Shown: positions 9,763 to 17,520 of the stretch, in pieces
Numbering within the stretch: the stretch's first letter is position 1
Layout: the number at the start of each line of letters is the position of its first letter
From: a virus
Lineage: Duplodnaviria > Caudoviricetes
IMG/VR virus record: IMGVR_UViG_3300017913_000425
Coordinates: 1 to 29,736 of that record
Direction: 5' to 3' (one strand)
DNA length: 29,736 nucleotides
Made by a program: the position numbers and the translations under genes
Notes under the pieces: model-generated
The model's database searches: none
Told to the model about the DNA's origin: nothing
Seen by the model: the letters and a program-made list of their open reading frames with translations, nothing else

Positions 9763-10257
9763 ATGACTGGATTTACTTACCCACGTAGTGGGTTTATCGG
9801 TTTCGACCACATCTTCGACCAGCTTGAGAACATTCACAAGCATGCGAAGGATCACTATCCACCACATAACGTAGTCAAAGAAGAGGACCTAAGGTTTACT
9901 CTTGAAATGGCTGTGGCTGGATTCAAAAAAGAACATATCGACATTGAAGTAAATGACGGTGTCCTTACTATTAAGGGCGATCGTCCTGCGCGGAGAGATC
10001 AAAACAAATATGTTCATAAAGGGATCAGTGCTCGAAACTGGAAAAAGTCATTTAGACTGTCTGAATATACAGAAGTAATCGGAGCAGATCTACAGGACGG
10101 AATCTTAACTGTCGAATTAGAAGTTGTCCTTCCTGAAGAAAAGCAGCCTCGTAAAATCACAATTGGTCAAAACGAGGAAAACGAAAATGACAGCAATAGC
10201 ACTAAAGGGTTTTTCAACCGTGGGAGCGATCGTCAACTCGATCGTACAAATCTTTGA
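9763..10257 (+). CDS. hsp20: small heat shock protein Hsp20 (IbpA-like)
   Basis: IGFD..FD, YPPHN, LEMAVAGF, YVHKGIS.R, A.L.DGIL, P.E..PRKI.I; GGAGG SD before ATG 9763. Confidence 0.95.
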   Translation: MTGFTYPRSGFIGFDHIFDQLENIHKHAKDHYPPHNVVKEEDLRFTLEMAVAGFKKEHIDIEVNDGVLTIKGDRPARRDQNKYVHKGISARNWKKSFRLSEYTEVIGADLQDGILTVELEVVLPEEKQPRKITIGQNEENENDSNSTKGFFNRGSDRQLDRTNL

Positions 10258-10408
10258 TAGCTTAGGTAAGGCCATGATCATGGCTCGTGGAGTAGAGGCA
10301 AACTATAAAGTTGCGCATTCACTTCAGCATGAGTACCCTGACATGGGTGTACCAGCCATCGCACAGATGCTTAACGATCGTTTGCGTAAGGAGGTTTATG
10401 GTGATTAA
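10187..10408 (+). CDS. hypothetical protein
   Basis: GAGGA SD before ATG 10187; overlaps the hsp20 tail; stop overlaps next gene. Confidence 0.6.
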   Translation: MTAIALKGFSTVGAIVNSIVQIFDSLGKAMIMARGVEANYKVAHSLQHEYPDMGVPAIAQMLNDRLRKEVYGD

Positions 10409-10529
10409 ATTTATCAAAAAGCTTTTTACGACGAAAGATCCTATAGAGTCTTATCTTGCACAATCTACAGATCTTGTTGATCTAGAGAACCGCATGAAAG
10501 AACTCAAGTATAAAGGTATTTGGATCTAA
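10398..10529 (+). CDS. small DUF3563-like protein
   Basis: AAGGAGGT SD; YLAQSTDLVDLENRM motif. Confidence 0.7.
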   Translation: MVIKFIKKLFTTKDPIESYLAQSTDLVDLENRMKELKYKGIWI

Positions 10530-10570
10530 TGTGGCCCTATACACAAGAAGAGGTTGAAGCCTTAAATTAA
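10529..10570 (+). CDS. 13-aa micro-ORF MWPYTQEEVEALN
   Basis: TAATG stop/start coupling with upstream gene; ends just before the terminator. Confidence 0.4.
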   Translation: MWPYTQEEVEALN

Positions 10571-10578
10571 CATAAATA

Positions 10579-10608
10579 AAAAGGAGCGTCAATCGCGACG
10601 CTCCTTTT
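10579..10608. terminator. Rho-independent terminator, potentially bidirectional
   Basis: AAAAGGAGCGTC-AATCGC-GACGCTCCTTTT perfect 12-bp inverted repeat. Confidence 0.85.
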
Positions 10609-10624
10609 AACACGAGGAGGTTAC

Positions 10625-10774
10625 ATGCAAGGTGAACCAAGAACTTGCAAATGTGGACATAGATGCCACTGTTATGAGCCCGATTGTAAAGAATGTGTGA
10701 ACGACGTTTGTACTAAATGCAAATGTCAAGAGAATAAGAAGGACGTGCCTACTAGCATGTTGAATGGATTATGA
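10625..10774 (+). CDS. Cys-rich metallothionein-like peptide, 49 aa (not in ORF track)
   Basis: GAGGAGGT SD; MQGEPRTCKCGHRCHCYEPDCKECVNDVCTKCKCQENKKDVPTSMLNGL, 9 Cys and 2 His. Confidence 0.7.
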   Translation: MQGEPRTCKCGHRCHCYEPDCKECVNDVCTKCKCQENKKDVPTSMLNGL

Positions 10775-10950
10775 ATAAATTAAAATACGCCACTAATAAT
10801 ATTATACAAAGCCTAGACCCAGACGAGAGAGAATGGGAATACACTGGCACTGGAGATAAAGTCTATAAAGACACTTTTGAACCTTATCCTAAAGAGGAGA
10901 AGAAGCCATGGCGCGGCGTGGAAGAACCGTATTACGTAGATCTGCCATAG
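10771..10950 (+). CDS. hypothetical protein, 59 aa (not in ORF track)
   Basis: ATGA overlap with preceding ORF; MNKLKYATNNIIQSLDPDEREWEYTGTGDKVYK... Confidence 0.55.
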   Translation: MNKLKYATNNIIQSLDPDEREWEYTGTGDKVYKDTFEPYPKEEKKPWRGVEEPYYVDLP

Positions 10951-11141
10951 ATCCACAAATGAAATATATAAATGTAAGGATCGAACAGCTAAAGTCTGAT
11001 ATGGCAAAAGCACACGATGAGCACGATAAGAACTGGTATAATCGTCTCATTCAAGAATTAACATGGGCTAGAGACATCGACTCTGGTCAAAAAGGTAACT
11101 GTTACATGGGAGAAAAGTATGGACTTACTGAGATTGCGTGA
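10908..11141 (+). CDS. hypothetical protein
   Basis: GAGGAG SD; RIEQLK...D..DKNWYNRLIQELTW helical motif. Confidence 0.7.
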   Translation: MARRGRTVLRRSAIDPQMKYINVRIEQLKSDMAKAHDEHDKNWYNRLIQELTWARDIDSGQKGNCYMGEKYGLTEIA

Positions 11142-11562
11142 AGATTTAGAAGATGATGAAGGAGTAAAGTATGAGATATACTTGGATCATTTGGGTTATG
11201 CTACTTTTGGGATCGGTCATTTGGTACGAGAAGAAGATCCAGAATATGGATGGGAAGTTGGCGAGTCTGTATCAGAAGAACGCGTCGCTGAAGCTTTCGA
11301 ATCAGATATTAGAATCACGATTGCGGATTGTGAGCGACTCTATGAAGATTTCCACGACCTCCCTGATGAAGCCAAGCTCATCATTGCCAATATGTGCTTT
11401 AACCTTGGATATCCAAGGCTTTCTGCGTTTAGAGGAATGAAGGCAGGAGTGGATGCTCGTGATTGGAACAAAGCGGCAGATGAGATGGTAGATTCTCGTT
11501 GGTATCGTCAAGTGCCTAATCGTGCAGAACGACTCGTAAAAAGGATGAGAGCACTCGCATAA
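11119..11562 (+). CDS. T4 lysozyme-like muramidase (GH24)
   Basis: Catalytic E-x8-D-x5-T in DEGVKYEIYLDHLGYATFGIGHL; NMCFNLG; AADEMVDSRWYRQVPNRA. Confidence 0.92.
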   Translation: MDLLRLREDLEDDEGVKYEIYLDHLGYATFGIGHLVREEDPEYGWEVGESVSEERVAEAFESDIRITIADCERLYEDFHDLPDEAKLIIANMCFNLGYPRLSAFRGMKAGVDARDWNKAADEMVDSRWYRQVPNRAERLVKRMRALA

Positions 11563-11566
11563 AAGG

Positions 11567-11595
11567 TTTACAAACTCTTCACAATATGGTATAAT
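11567..11595 (+). promoter_or_regulatory. sigma70-type early promoter for gp43
   Basis: TTTACA-N17-TATAAT. Confidence 0.85.
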
Positions 11596-11618
11596 AGCAT
11601 CATGTTATTGGAGGTTGT

Positions 11619-14114
11619 ATGTCATTTTATACATCAGTTGTTCGCTATGGTAACTCACTTTTATATCGTGGGTATACAGACACAGGCAAGCGTGTCTATA
11701 AGAAGGAGCATTTCTCTCCTCGCTTGTTCGTACCAGCAAAAGTAGATACAAATTGGCGTGGACTTGACGGCTCTGTCGTCGGTCCTGTCGATTTTAATAA
11801 TATGCGCGAAGCCAAACAATGGCTCGAGCAGTACAAAGACGTAGCTGGTTTCAATATCTACGGTAATCCTAATTTCTTACAGCAGTTTGTCTGCCACAAG
11901 TGGCCTCATGATATCGTATGGGATCGTGACCTTATCAACGTCACAACCATGGATATCGAGACTGCTTATGAAGATGGATTTCCTGAACCAGAAAAAGCCA
12001 ATCAAGAAGTATTGGCTATTACACTCAAAAATAATATCGATGGCATCTATCGTGTGTGGGGTATGAAAGACTACAACGAAGATGCTGCCTTAATCAAACC
12101 AGTTAAATATATCAAATGTCGTGATGAAGCAGACTTACTGTTGAAGTTCCTCGACTTTTGGTCTGATCATGATAAATGTCCCGATGTCATCACTGGTTGG
12201 AATGTAAAGTTCTTCGATATCCCTTATCTTGTTAATCGCGTTGCCAATGTTCTTGGTGTCGATCAAATCGCAAAGTTCTCTCCGTGGGGTATGGTCGATT
12301 TCCAAAAGGTGGTCAAGCGTGGTCGAGAGCAGATAACATACAAGATCCAAGGCATACAGACTCTCGACTACCTCGACCTCTTTCAAAAGTTTGGCTATTC
12401 GTATGGTACACAAGAATCATACAAGCTCGATCACATCGCATACGTAGTTCTTGGTGAGAAGAAGCTATCGTTCGAAGAGTCAGGTTCATTGCGTAACCTA
12501 TACAAAGACGACTTTCAACGATACATCGACTATAACATGAAAGACGTGCAACTCGTTGATCGACTCGAAGATAAGATGGGGCTCATCACCCTCGCCATGA
12601 CTGTGGCATACAAGGGTGGTGTAAACTATCAAGATACATTTGGCACTGTTGGTATTTGGGAATCAATCATCTATCGTAAGTTGTTCTCTGAGAAGACAAT
12701 GCCTATGATTGAGCCAGACGAGATGGGCGTTCGAGACTTCGAAGGTGGTTATGTTAAACCTCCACAAGTTGGTATGCATGACTGGGTAGTTTCGTTTGAT
12801 TTGAATTCTCTGTATCCAAATATTATCGTACAGTGGAACATGTCGCCCGAAACATTGAATAAAGATCCACAGTATAACAAGCCTTCAGGTGTTGATCTAT
12901 ACTTAAATGCCAACGAGCCTCAGGGTGGTAAACACTCGGTTGCAGCAAATGGTTCTACATATCGCAAAGACATCGATGGCGTGGTACCAAATATCATTGT
13001 CGACTACTATGACGAACGTAAGTCTGTAAAGAAGATGATGATCGCAGCAGAAAAACAATATCAGAAAGAAAAGACAGTCGATCTAGAAAAAGAGATTAAT
13101 CGCCTACATAACCAGCAGATGGCGATTAAGATCTTGATGAACTCTTTGTATGGTGCTATCGGTAATAAGTACTTCCGTTATTATGACTTACGTATCGCCG
13201 AAGGTATCACTCTGACTGGTCAGCTCGCTATTAAGTGGGCAGAGAAAGCAGTCAACAAAGAACTCAATCAGATATTAAAGACTGACCATGACTATGTGAT
13301 CGCAATGGACACCGATTCATTGTACATCAACTTTGGTCCACTCGTTGAGCAACTCAAGCCAAAAGATCCTGTCAAATTCCTTGATAAGATCTGTGTCGAG
13401 CACTTCGAACCAGCTATCGCAAAGGCATATGATAAACTATTCAATGTAATGAGTTGTCATAAGCCTCGTATGGAGATGGGTCGAGAAGTCATCGCAGATC
13501 GTGGTATATGGACTGCAAAGAAGAGGTATATCCTAAATGTACATAATTCCGAGGGAATCCAATACTCCGAACCTAAGCTTAAGATTATGGGCATTGAGGC
13601 CATCAAGTCGTCGACACCTGAGATTGTACGAGCTAAATTCAAGGAAATATTCAACGTCATCATTTCGGGGTCTGAAAAAGATGCTCAGGACTTCATACAG
13701 ACATTCAAACAGGATTTCAAATCCCGCTCACCCGAAGAGGTGGCTTTTCCACGGAGCGTCTCGGATATTGTATCGTGGCGCGATAGGAAAACTGTTTACA
13801 AGAAAGGTTCACCTATTCACGTGCGGGGTTCCCTCGTATATAACAAAGCGCTTAAGGAATCTGGAATGATGCATAAGTACGAGGCTATTCAGAACGGCAC
13901 TCGTATTAAGTATCTGTACATGAAAAGACCAAACAACGTCAAAGAAAACGTGATTGCATTTCCTGACGTACTTCCAAAAGAGTTTGGCTTACACAGTCAT
14001 ATTGACTATGATAAACAATTCGAGAAGACATTTATCGAGCCTCTCGAATTGATTCTCAACTCAATTGGTTGGAAAGCCGAAGAGCAATCATCACTTGAAG
14101 ATTTTTTTGTTTAA
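11619..14114 (+). CDS. gp43: family B DNA polymerase gp43
   Basis: Exo DIET, GWN...FD, YN..D; Pol SFDLNSLYP, K...NSLYG, DTDS, KKRY; C-terminal SSLEDFF clamp motif. Confidence 0.98.
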   Translation: MSFYTSVVRYGNSLLYRGYTDTGKRVYKKEHFSPRLFVPAKVDTNWRGLDGSVVGPVDFNNMREAKQWLEQYKDVAGFNIYGNPNFLQQFVCHKWPHDIVWDRDLINVTTMDIETAYEDGFPEPEKANQEVLAITLKNNIDGIYRVWGMKDYNEDAALIKPVKYIKCRDEADLLLKFLDFWSDHDKCPDVITGWNVKFFDIPYLVNRVANVLGVDQIAKFSPWGMVDFQKVVKRGREQITYKIQGIQTLDYLDLFQKFGYSYGTQESYKLDHIAYVVLGEKKLSFEESGSLRNLYKDDFQRYIDYNMKDVQLVDRLEDKMGLITLAMTVAYKGGVNYQDTFGTVGIWESIIYRKLFSEKTMPMIEPDEMGVRDFEGGYVKPPQVGMHDWVVSFDLNSLYPNIIVQWNMSPETLNKDPQYNKPSGVDLYLNANEPQGGKHSVAANGSTYRKDIDGVVPNIIVDYYDERKSVKKMMIAAEKQYQKEKTVDLEKEINRLHNQQMAIKILMNSLYGAIGNKYFRYYDLRIAEGITLTGQLAIKWAEKAVNKELNQILKTDHDYVIAMDTDSLYINFGPLVEQLKPKDPVKFLDKICVEHFEPAIAKAYDKLFNVMSCHKPRMEMGREVIADRGIWTAKKRYILNVHNSEGIQYSEPKLKIMGIEAIKSSTPEIVRAKFKEIFNVIISGSEKDAQDFIQTFKQDFKSRSPEEVAFPRSVSDIVSWRDRKTVYKKGSPIHVRGSLVYNKALKESGMMHKYEAIQNGTRIKYLYMKRPNNVKENVIAFPDVLPKEFGLHSHIDYDKQFEKTFIEPLELILNSIGWKAEEQSSLEDFFV

Positions 14115-14117
14115 CTG

Positions 14118-14146
14118 TTTACAAATGACCGAAAATGGAGTATAAT
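14118..14146 (+). promoter_or_regulatory. sigma70-type early promoter
   Basis: TTTACA-N17-TATAAT; ATG 14153 lies 6 nt after the -10. Confidence 0.85.
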
Positions 14147-14152
14147 ACTACT

Positions 14153-14575
14153 ATGAAAAAATGGCATGAAGATATTAATGAGATGCACGCCAAATATGGT
14201 GTACATGAGTGGGTTGAAAGTGAAAAGACTAATGGCGATTGGTCTCGTCTTAATAAGTTCCTTGACTTTCGACTGAAGTTCTTGCAAGAAGAGTTGGATG
14301 AAACACGTGCAGCTGCGATCATGGATAAGAATCCACAAGAAATCGTAGATGGTCTTATCGATCTTTGCGTTGTGGCTATTGGTACTCTCGATGCTTTCGG
14401 TGTTGATGCACAAAAAGCATGGGATGAAGTACATACAGCTAACATGGCAAAAGAACGTGGCATTAAAGAATCACGTCCTAATCCACTCGGCTTGCCAGAT
14501 CTAATCAAACCTGAAGGTTGGAAAGGTCCAGATCATGGCGACAACATTGGCTGTCTCCGGGACGCTATTCAATAG
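14153..14575 (+). CDS. MazG-like / PRA-PH-like all-alpha nucleotide pyrophosphohydrolase
   Basis: FLQEELDE...EIVDGLIDL acidic ExxE/ExxD motif, EVH.ANMAK, DLIKPEGW; start moved to 14153 because 14135 lies inside the promoter. Confidence 0.8.
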   Translation: MKKWHEDINEMHAKYGVHEWVESEKTNGDWSRLNKFLDFRLKFLQEELDETRAAAIMDKNPQEIVDGLIDLCVVAIGTLDAFGVDAQKAWDEVHTANMAKERGIKESRPNPLGLPDLIKPEGWKGPDHGDNIGCLRDAIQ

Positions 14576-15476
14576 CGTCTTCGATAATAAAACTAATAAG
14601 CGCATCGAGGTACATAACTTCGATGCGTTCGAACGTGTTCTCTATGAACTATCTAAAAAACCACGAGCGTCAAAAAAAGATGCTGAGTTAATCTCTCCTG
14701 CAATATATGATGAAGGTACTACACGTGCTAATAAGAACGTAAAGTATTGGGGTGGTTGGTGTGCAGTCGATGTTGATGATATACAATTTGAAGGTAAGTT
14801 AGAAGATGCTCTTCTTAAGCACACTCGCTCTTGGCGTTTTATTTGTTATTCTACCGCCAGCAGTAGTATCGATCATCCAAAGTTCCGTATTATATTTCCA
14901 CTTAAAAGAGAAATACAGAATGGCGAAATTTCTAGTTTCAATTTCGCGTTACAGAAGGCTATCGGATGTATCGGAGATGAACAAACAAAGGACCTTGCTC
15001 GAATGTATTACATTCCTGCTTTGTATGATGGTGCTAATAACTTTATCTTCTCTCGTGATGGTGATTATGTTGACCCTACAGCTCTAATGCAGGAGTTTCC
15101 TTATGAGCAAAAAGCCAACCTCAACTCATTCTTCGACAGATTACCAGAAGAAGTACAAAAGCAAATCATCGAGCACAGAAAGTCCTCGCTTGACCAGACT
15201 AATGTGGTGTGGTCGTCCTATCGCGATTGTCCCTTCTTTCCTCGTAGACTCGAATCGGAATACAGATCGATAAGCAATACTGGTTGGTATCATAAGATGT
15301 ATCAGATCATGGTTGCACTTGCTGGCAATGCTATAAGTAAGAAGTATCCAATCACAGCAGATGAGATCGCAGTACTTTGTCGAGAGCTCGATGCCGAAAC
15401 AGGTAATTGGTATGCTAATCGACCATTACAAAAAGAAGCAGACCGAGCGTTAGAATATGTTTACAAGAACATGTAA
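14535..15476 (+). CDS. PrimPol / AEP-superfamily-like protein
   Basis: AVDVDD (DxD), YSTASS...PKFRIIFPL, D....DLARMYYIP; helical C-terminal domain. Confidence 0.6.
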   Translation: MATTLAVSGTLFNSVFDNKTNKRIEVHNFDAFERVLYELSKKPRASKKDAELISPAIYDEGTTRANKNVKYWGGWCAVDVDDIQFEGKLEDALLKHTRSWRFICYSTASSSIDHPKFRIIFPLKREIQNGEISSFNFALQKAIGCIGDEQTKDLARMYYIPALYDGANNFIFSRDGDYVDPTALMQEFPYEQKANLNSFFDRLPEEVQKQIIEHRKSSLDQTNVVWSSYRDCPFFPRRLESEYRSISNTGWYHKMYQIMVALAGNAISKKYPITADEIAVLCRELDAETGNWYANRPLQKEADRALEYVYKNM

Positions 15477-15488
15477 TTATGGTATAAT
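15460..15488 (+). promoter_or_regulatory. sigma70-type early promoter
   Basis: TTTACA-N17-TATAAT. Confidence 0.85.
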
Positions 15489-15497
15489 AGGTGTATT

Positions 15498-15860
15498 ATG
15501 AAAGAATCAGTAAAAGTCCTACAAGAATGTGCCGAACTTCAAGTGAAGAAAGGCAATGATTATCAAAACCCGCACTCGCGGATCAAGCAAGCTGACTATT
15601 ATCCACAAGGTGTAGCAACGTTGCTTGACATCGTACATGCTAAGATGCTTCGTATGCGCTCAGTCATTGAAGCTATGCAGTCAGATCCTGACTATGAACC
15701 AAACTTCGAGTCTATCGAAGACTCAGCAAAAGATATGCTAAACTATTGCTCGTTCATCGTTGAATATTGTCGTGGTCAAATGGATGGTCAAAACCCAGAT
15801 CATGACTTCTTAAATCGTCCAAAGAAAGGTATTACAAATGCAACTGATGACAGTGAGTGA
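15498..15860 (+). CDS. nucleotide-modification-associated all-alpha protein (DUF1599 / NTP-pyrophosphatase-like)
   Basis: KK..DY, K..R, ESIEDS..D..NY pattern. Confidence 0.6.
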   Translation: MKESVKVLQECAELQVKKGNDYQNPHSRIKQADYYPQGVATLLDIVHAKMLRMRSVIEAMQSDPDYEPNFESIEDSAKDMLNYCSFIVEYCRGQMDGQNPDHDFLNRPKKGITNATDDSE

Positions 15861-16527
15861 TATTCGTGAACACTTTATCGGAGAATTAAAAGATGAAGCA
15901 TTTACTACAGACAAGACTGGCCAAAAGACTATTGAACTCATCGGTGCTTCATTTCTTGCAGACGAAGTATCGATCTTTGGTGTACCTTCTGATACTTATA
16001 TTAACGCTGAGCTTGATTGGTATCTTAGCGGTAGTACAAACATCAATGACATCTATAAGACAGAATCTGAATCAGATCAACAAGACACTCGACGCGACCC
16101 ACCAGATGCTTGGCGATATGCAGCCAACGACCACGGAGAAATAAACTCTAACTATGGTCATCTTATCTTTGATGATAAATATTATCGACAGTTCGATAAC
16201 GTGGTCGCAGAGTTACACCATAATCCAGACTCTCGCCGCGCATCGATGATTTATCAGAGGCCATCGATATGGACAGAGTTTAATGAAAACGGTAAAAACG
16301 ATTTTATTTGTACTAACGCTGTTACTTATTACATTCGCAATGACGAAGTACAGTGTGTCGTACAAATGCGCTCAAACGACGTCGTGTTCGGCTATAAAAA
16401 TGATTATGCTTGGCAGTCCTATGTTTTAGGCCAAGTCGCCAATACTCTCGATATTGGTGCAGGTAATATCTATTGGCAAGTTCAAAACTTGCACGTTTAC
16501 GAAAGGCATTTTCATCTTGTCAAATAA
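15838..16527 (+). CDS. gp42: dCMP hydroxymethylase (T4 gp42-type, thymidylate synthase fold)
   Basis: DKTG.KTIE.IGASF.ADE, GEINSNYG, NPDSRR, DFICTN (catalytic Cys), MRSNDVVFGYKNDYAWQ, LHVY.RHF closely follow T4 gp42 as I recall it. Confidence 0.88.
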   Translation: MQLMTVSDIREHFIGELKDEAFTTDKTGQKTIELIGASFLADEVSIFGVPSDTYINAELDWYLSGSTNINDIYKTESESDQQDTRRDPPDAWRYAANDHGEINSNYGHLIFDDKYYRQFDNVVAELHHNPDSRRASMIYQRPSIWTEFNENGKNDFICTNAVTYYIRNDEVQCVVQMRSNDVVFGYKNDYAWQSYVLGQVANTLDIGAGNIYWQVQNLHVYERHFHLVK

Positions 16528-16975
16528 GTGGGATATCAGGTTTCTTGAGATGGCTAAGCAAGTCTCGACATGGTCTAAAGATCCGTCGAGACAGATCGGC
16601 GCCATCGCTGTAGATGATCGTACAGTTGTAGCACAAGGCTATAATGGCTTTCCTCGTGGTATTCAAGATACTGATAAAAGACTAGAAGATAGAGAAGTAA
16701 AATACAAATTTGTAGTTCACGCTGAAATGAATGTGATCTACAATGCTACATATAATGGAGTATCACTTGATGGTTGTTCGTTATATGTATGGGGCTTGCC
16801 TGTTTGTTCTGAGTGTGCCAAAGGCATCATACAGACAGGTATCACACGAGTGATTATGCCCATTCAGGAAATACCTGATCATTGGGTAGAATCATGGACT
16901 TTAACACAAACCCTGCTCAACGAAGCAGGTGTCAAATGGGAGTTTATCGATGTCAGCAACACAGGATTGGATTAA
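16517..16975 (+). CDS. cd: dCMP deaminase
   Basis: WSKDPS, GYNGFPRG, HAEMN, PVCSECAK zinc motifs; probable TTG start at 16517. Confidence 0.92.
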   Translation: MSNKWDIRFLEMAKQVSTWSKDPSRQIGAIAVDDRTVVAQGYNGFPRGIQDTDKRLEDREVKYKFVVHAEMNVIYNATYNGVSLDGCSLYVWGLPVCSECAKGIIQTGITRVIMPIQEIPDHWVESWTLTQTLLNEAGVKWEFIDVSNTGLD

Positions 16976-17111
16976 AGAACAGTATGCTAAGGAATCAACG
17001 CCTATCATTACTGAGTATTCTTTACACAAACAACTGCAAGAGTTGACAGTGCGAGTAAAATCGCTTGAAGAAGAAATCGCATGGAGACAGAAAGATGAAG
17101 TCCGTCCTTGA
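16950..17111 (+). CDS. small coiled-coil hypothetical protein
   Basis: GGGAG SD, overlaps both neighbours, heptad pattern. Confidence 0.55.
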   Translation: MSATQDWIKEQYAKESTPIITEYSLHKQLQELTVRVKSLEEEIAWRQKDEVRP

Positions 17112-17520
17112 CTTTTTAGAAGGACACGAGCTGTCCGAGGATATCATAGTCCTCGGGCAGTGCCCGTCCTCTAAGATAACACCATCAGCAAATGGTACAT
17201 TTCGTAGACTGAAGAAGTGGATGACTACAGTTGGAGTTCGTGAATGGGACTTTCATAACGTAATCCCAAATAAAATCAATTCTTATGATATCAAAGACGT
17301 CGACGTAGATGCGCTGTATGCTGCATGTGAAGGCAAAGGTGTGGTCATAGCTCTCGGTGGGTTTGTTCAAAAAGTATGTAAGAAATACGGTATAGATAAT
17401 TACAAGATCGACCATCCATCACCACGGAATCGTAATCTTAATAGTATGGAATATGAAGCAAACATGCTTCACGAATTGAAGGAACACATTGATGTCGCTC
17501 GAGCTAACGGAATACTATGA
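17095..17520 (+). CDS. uracil-DNA glycosylase superfamily protein (minimal)
   Basis: IIVLGQCPS (motif A-like), F.NV, VIALG, HPSPRNR (motif B). Confidence 0.7.
   Translation: MKSVLDFLEGHELSEDIIVLGQCPSSKITPSANGTFRRLKKWMTTVGVREWDFHNVIPNKINSYDIKDVDVDALYAACEGKGVVIALGGFVQKVCKKYGIDNYKIDHPSPRNRNLNSMEYEANMLHELKEHIDVARANGIL

Noticed and set aside
13794-13800. GTTTACA inside gp43, and inside gp62 at 8707-8713
   Set aside because: No TATAAT at 17 nt spacing; the gp62 site has only TATAGT at 18 nt plus an intragenic TATAAATA (8726-8733), too weak to call.
11619-14114. Introns, inteins or homing endonucleases in gp43, gp41, uvsX, uvsW or thyX
   Set aside because: All frames are continuous and of normal length; no LAGLIDADG, GIY-YIG, HNH or intein terminal motifs seen.
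15838-16527. Calling this gene thyA or dUMP hydroxymethylase
   Set aside because: Asp at the specificity position and overall similarity to T4 gp42; ThyX is present separately.
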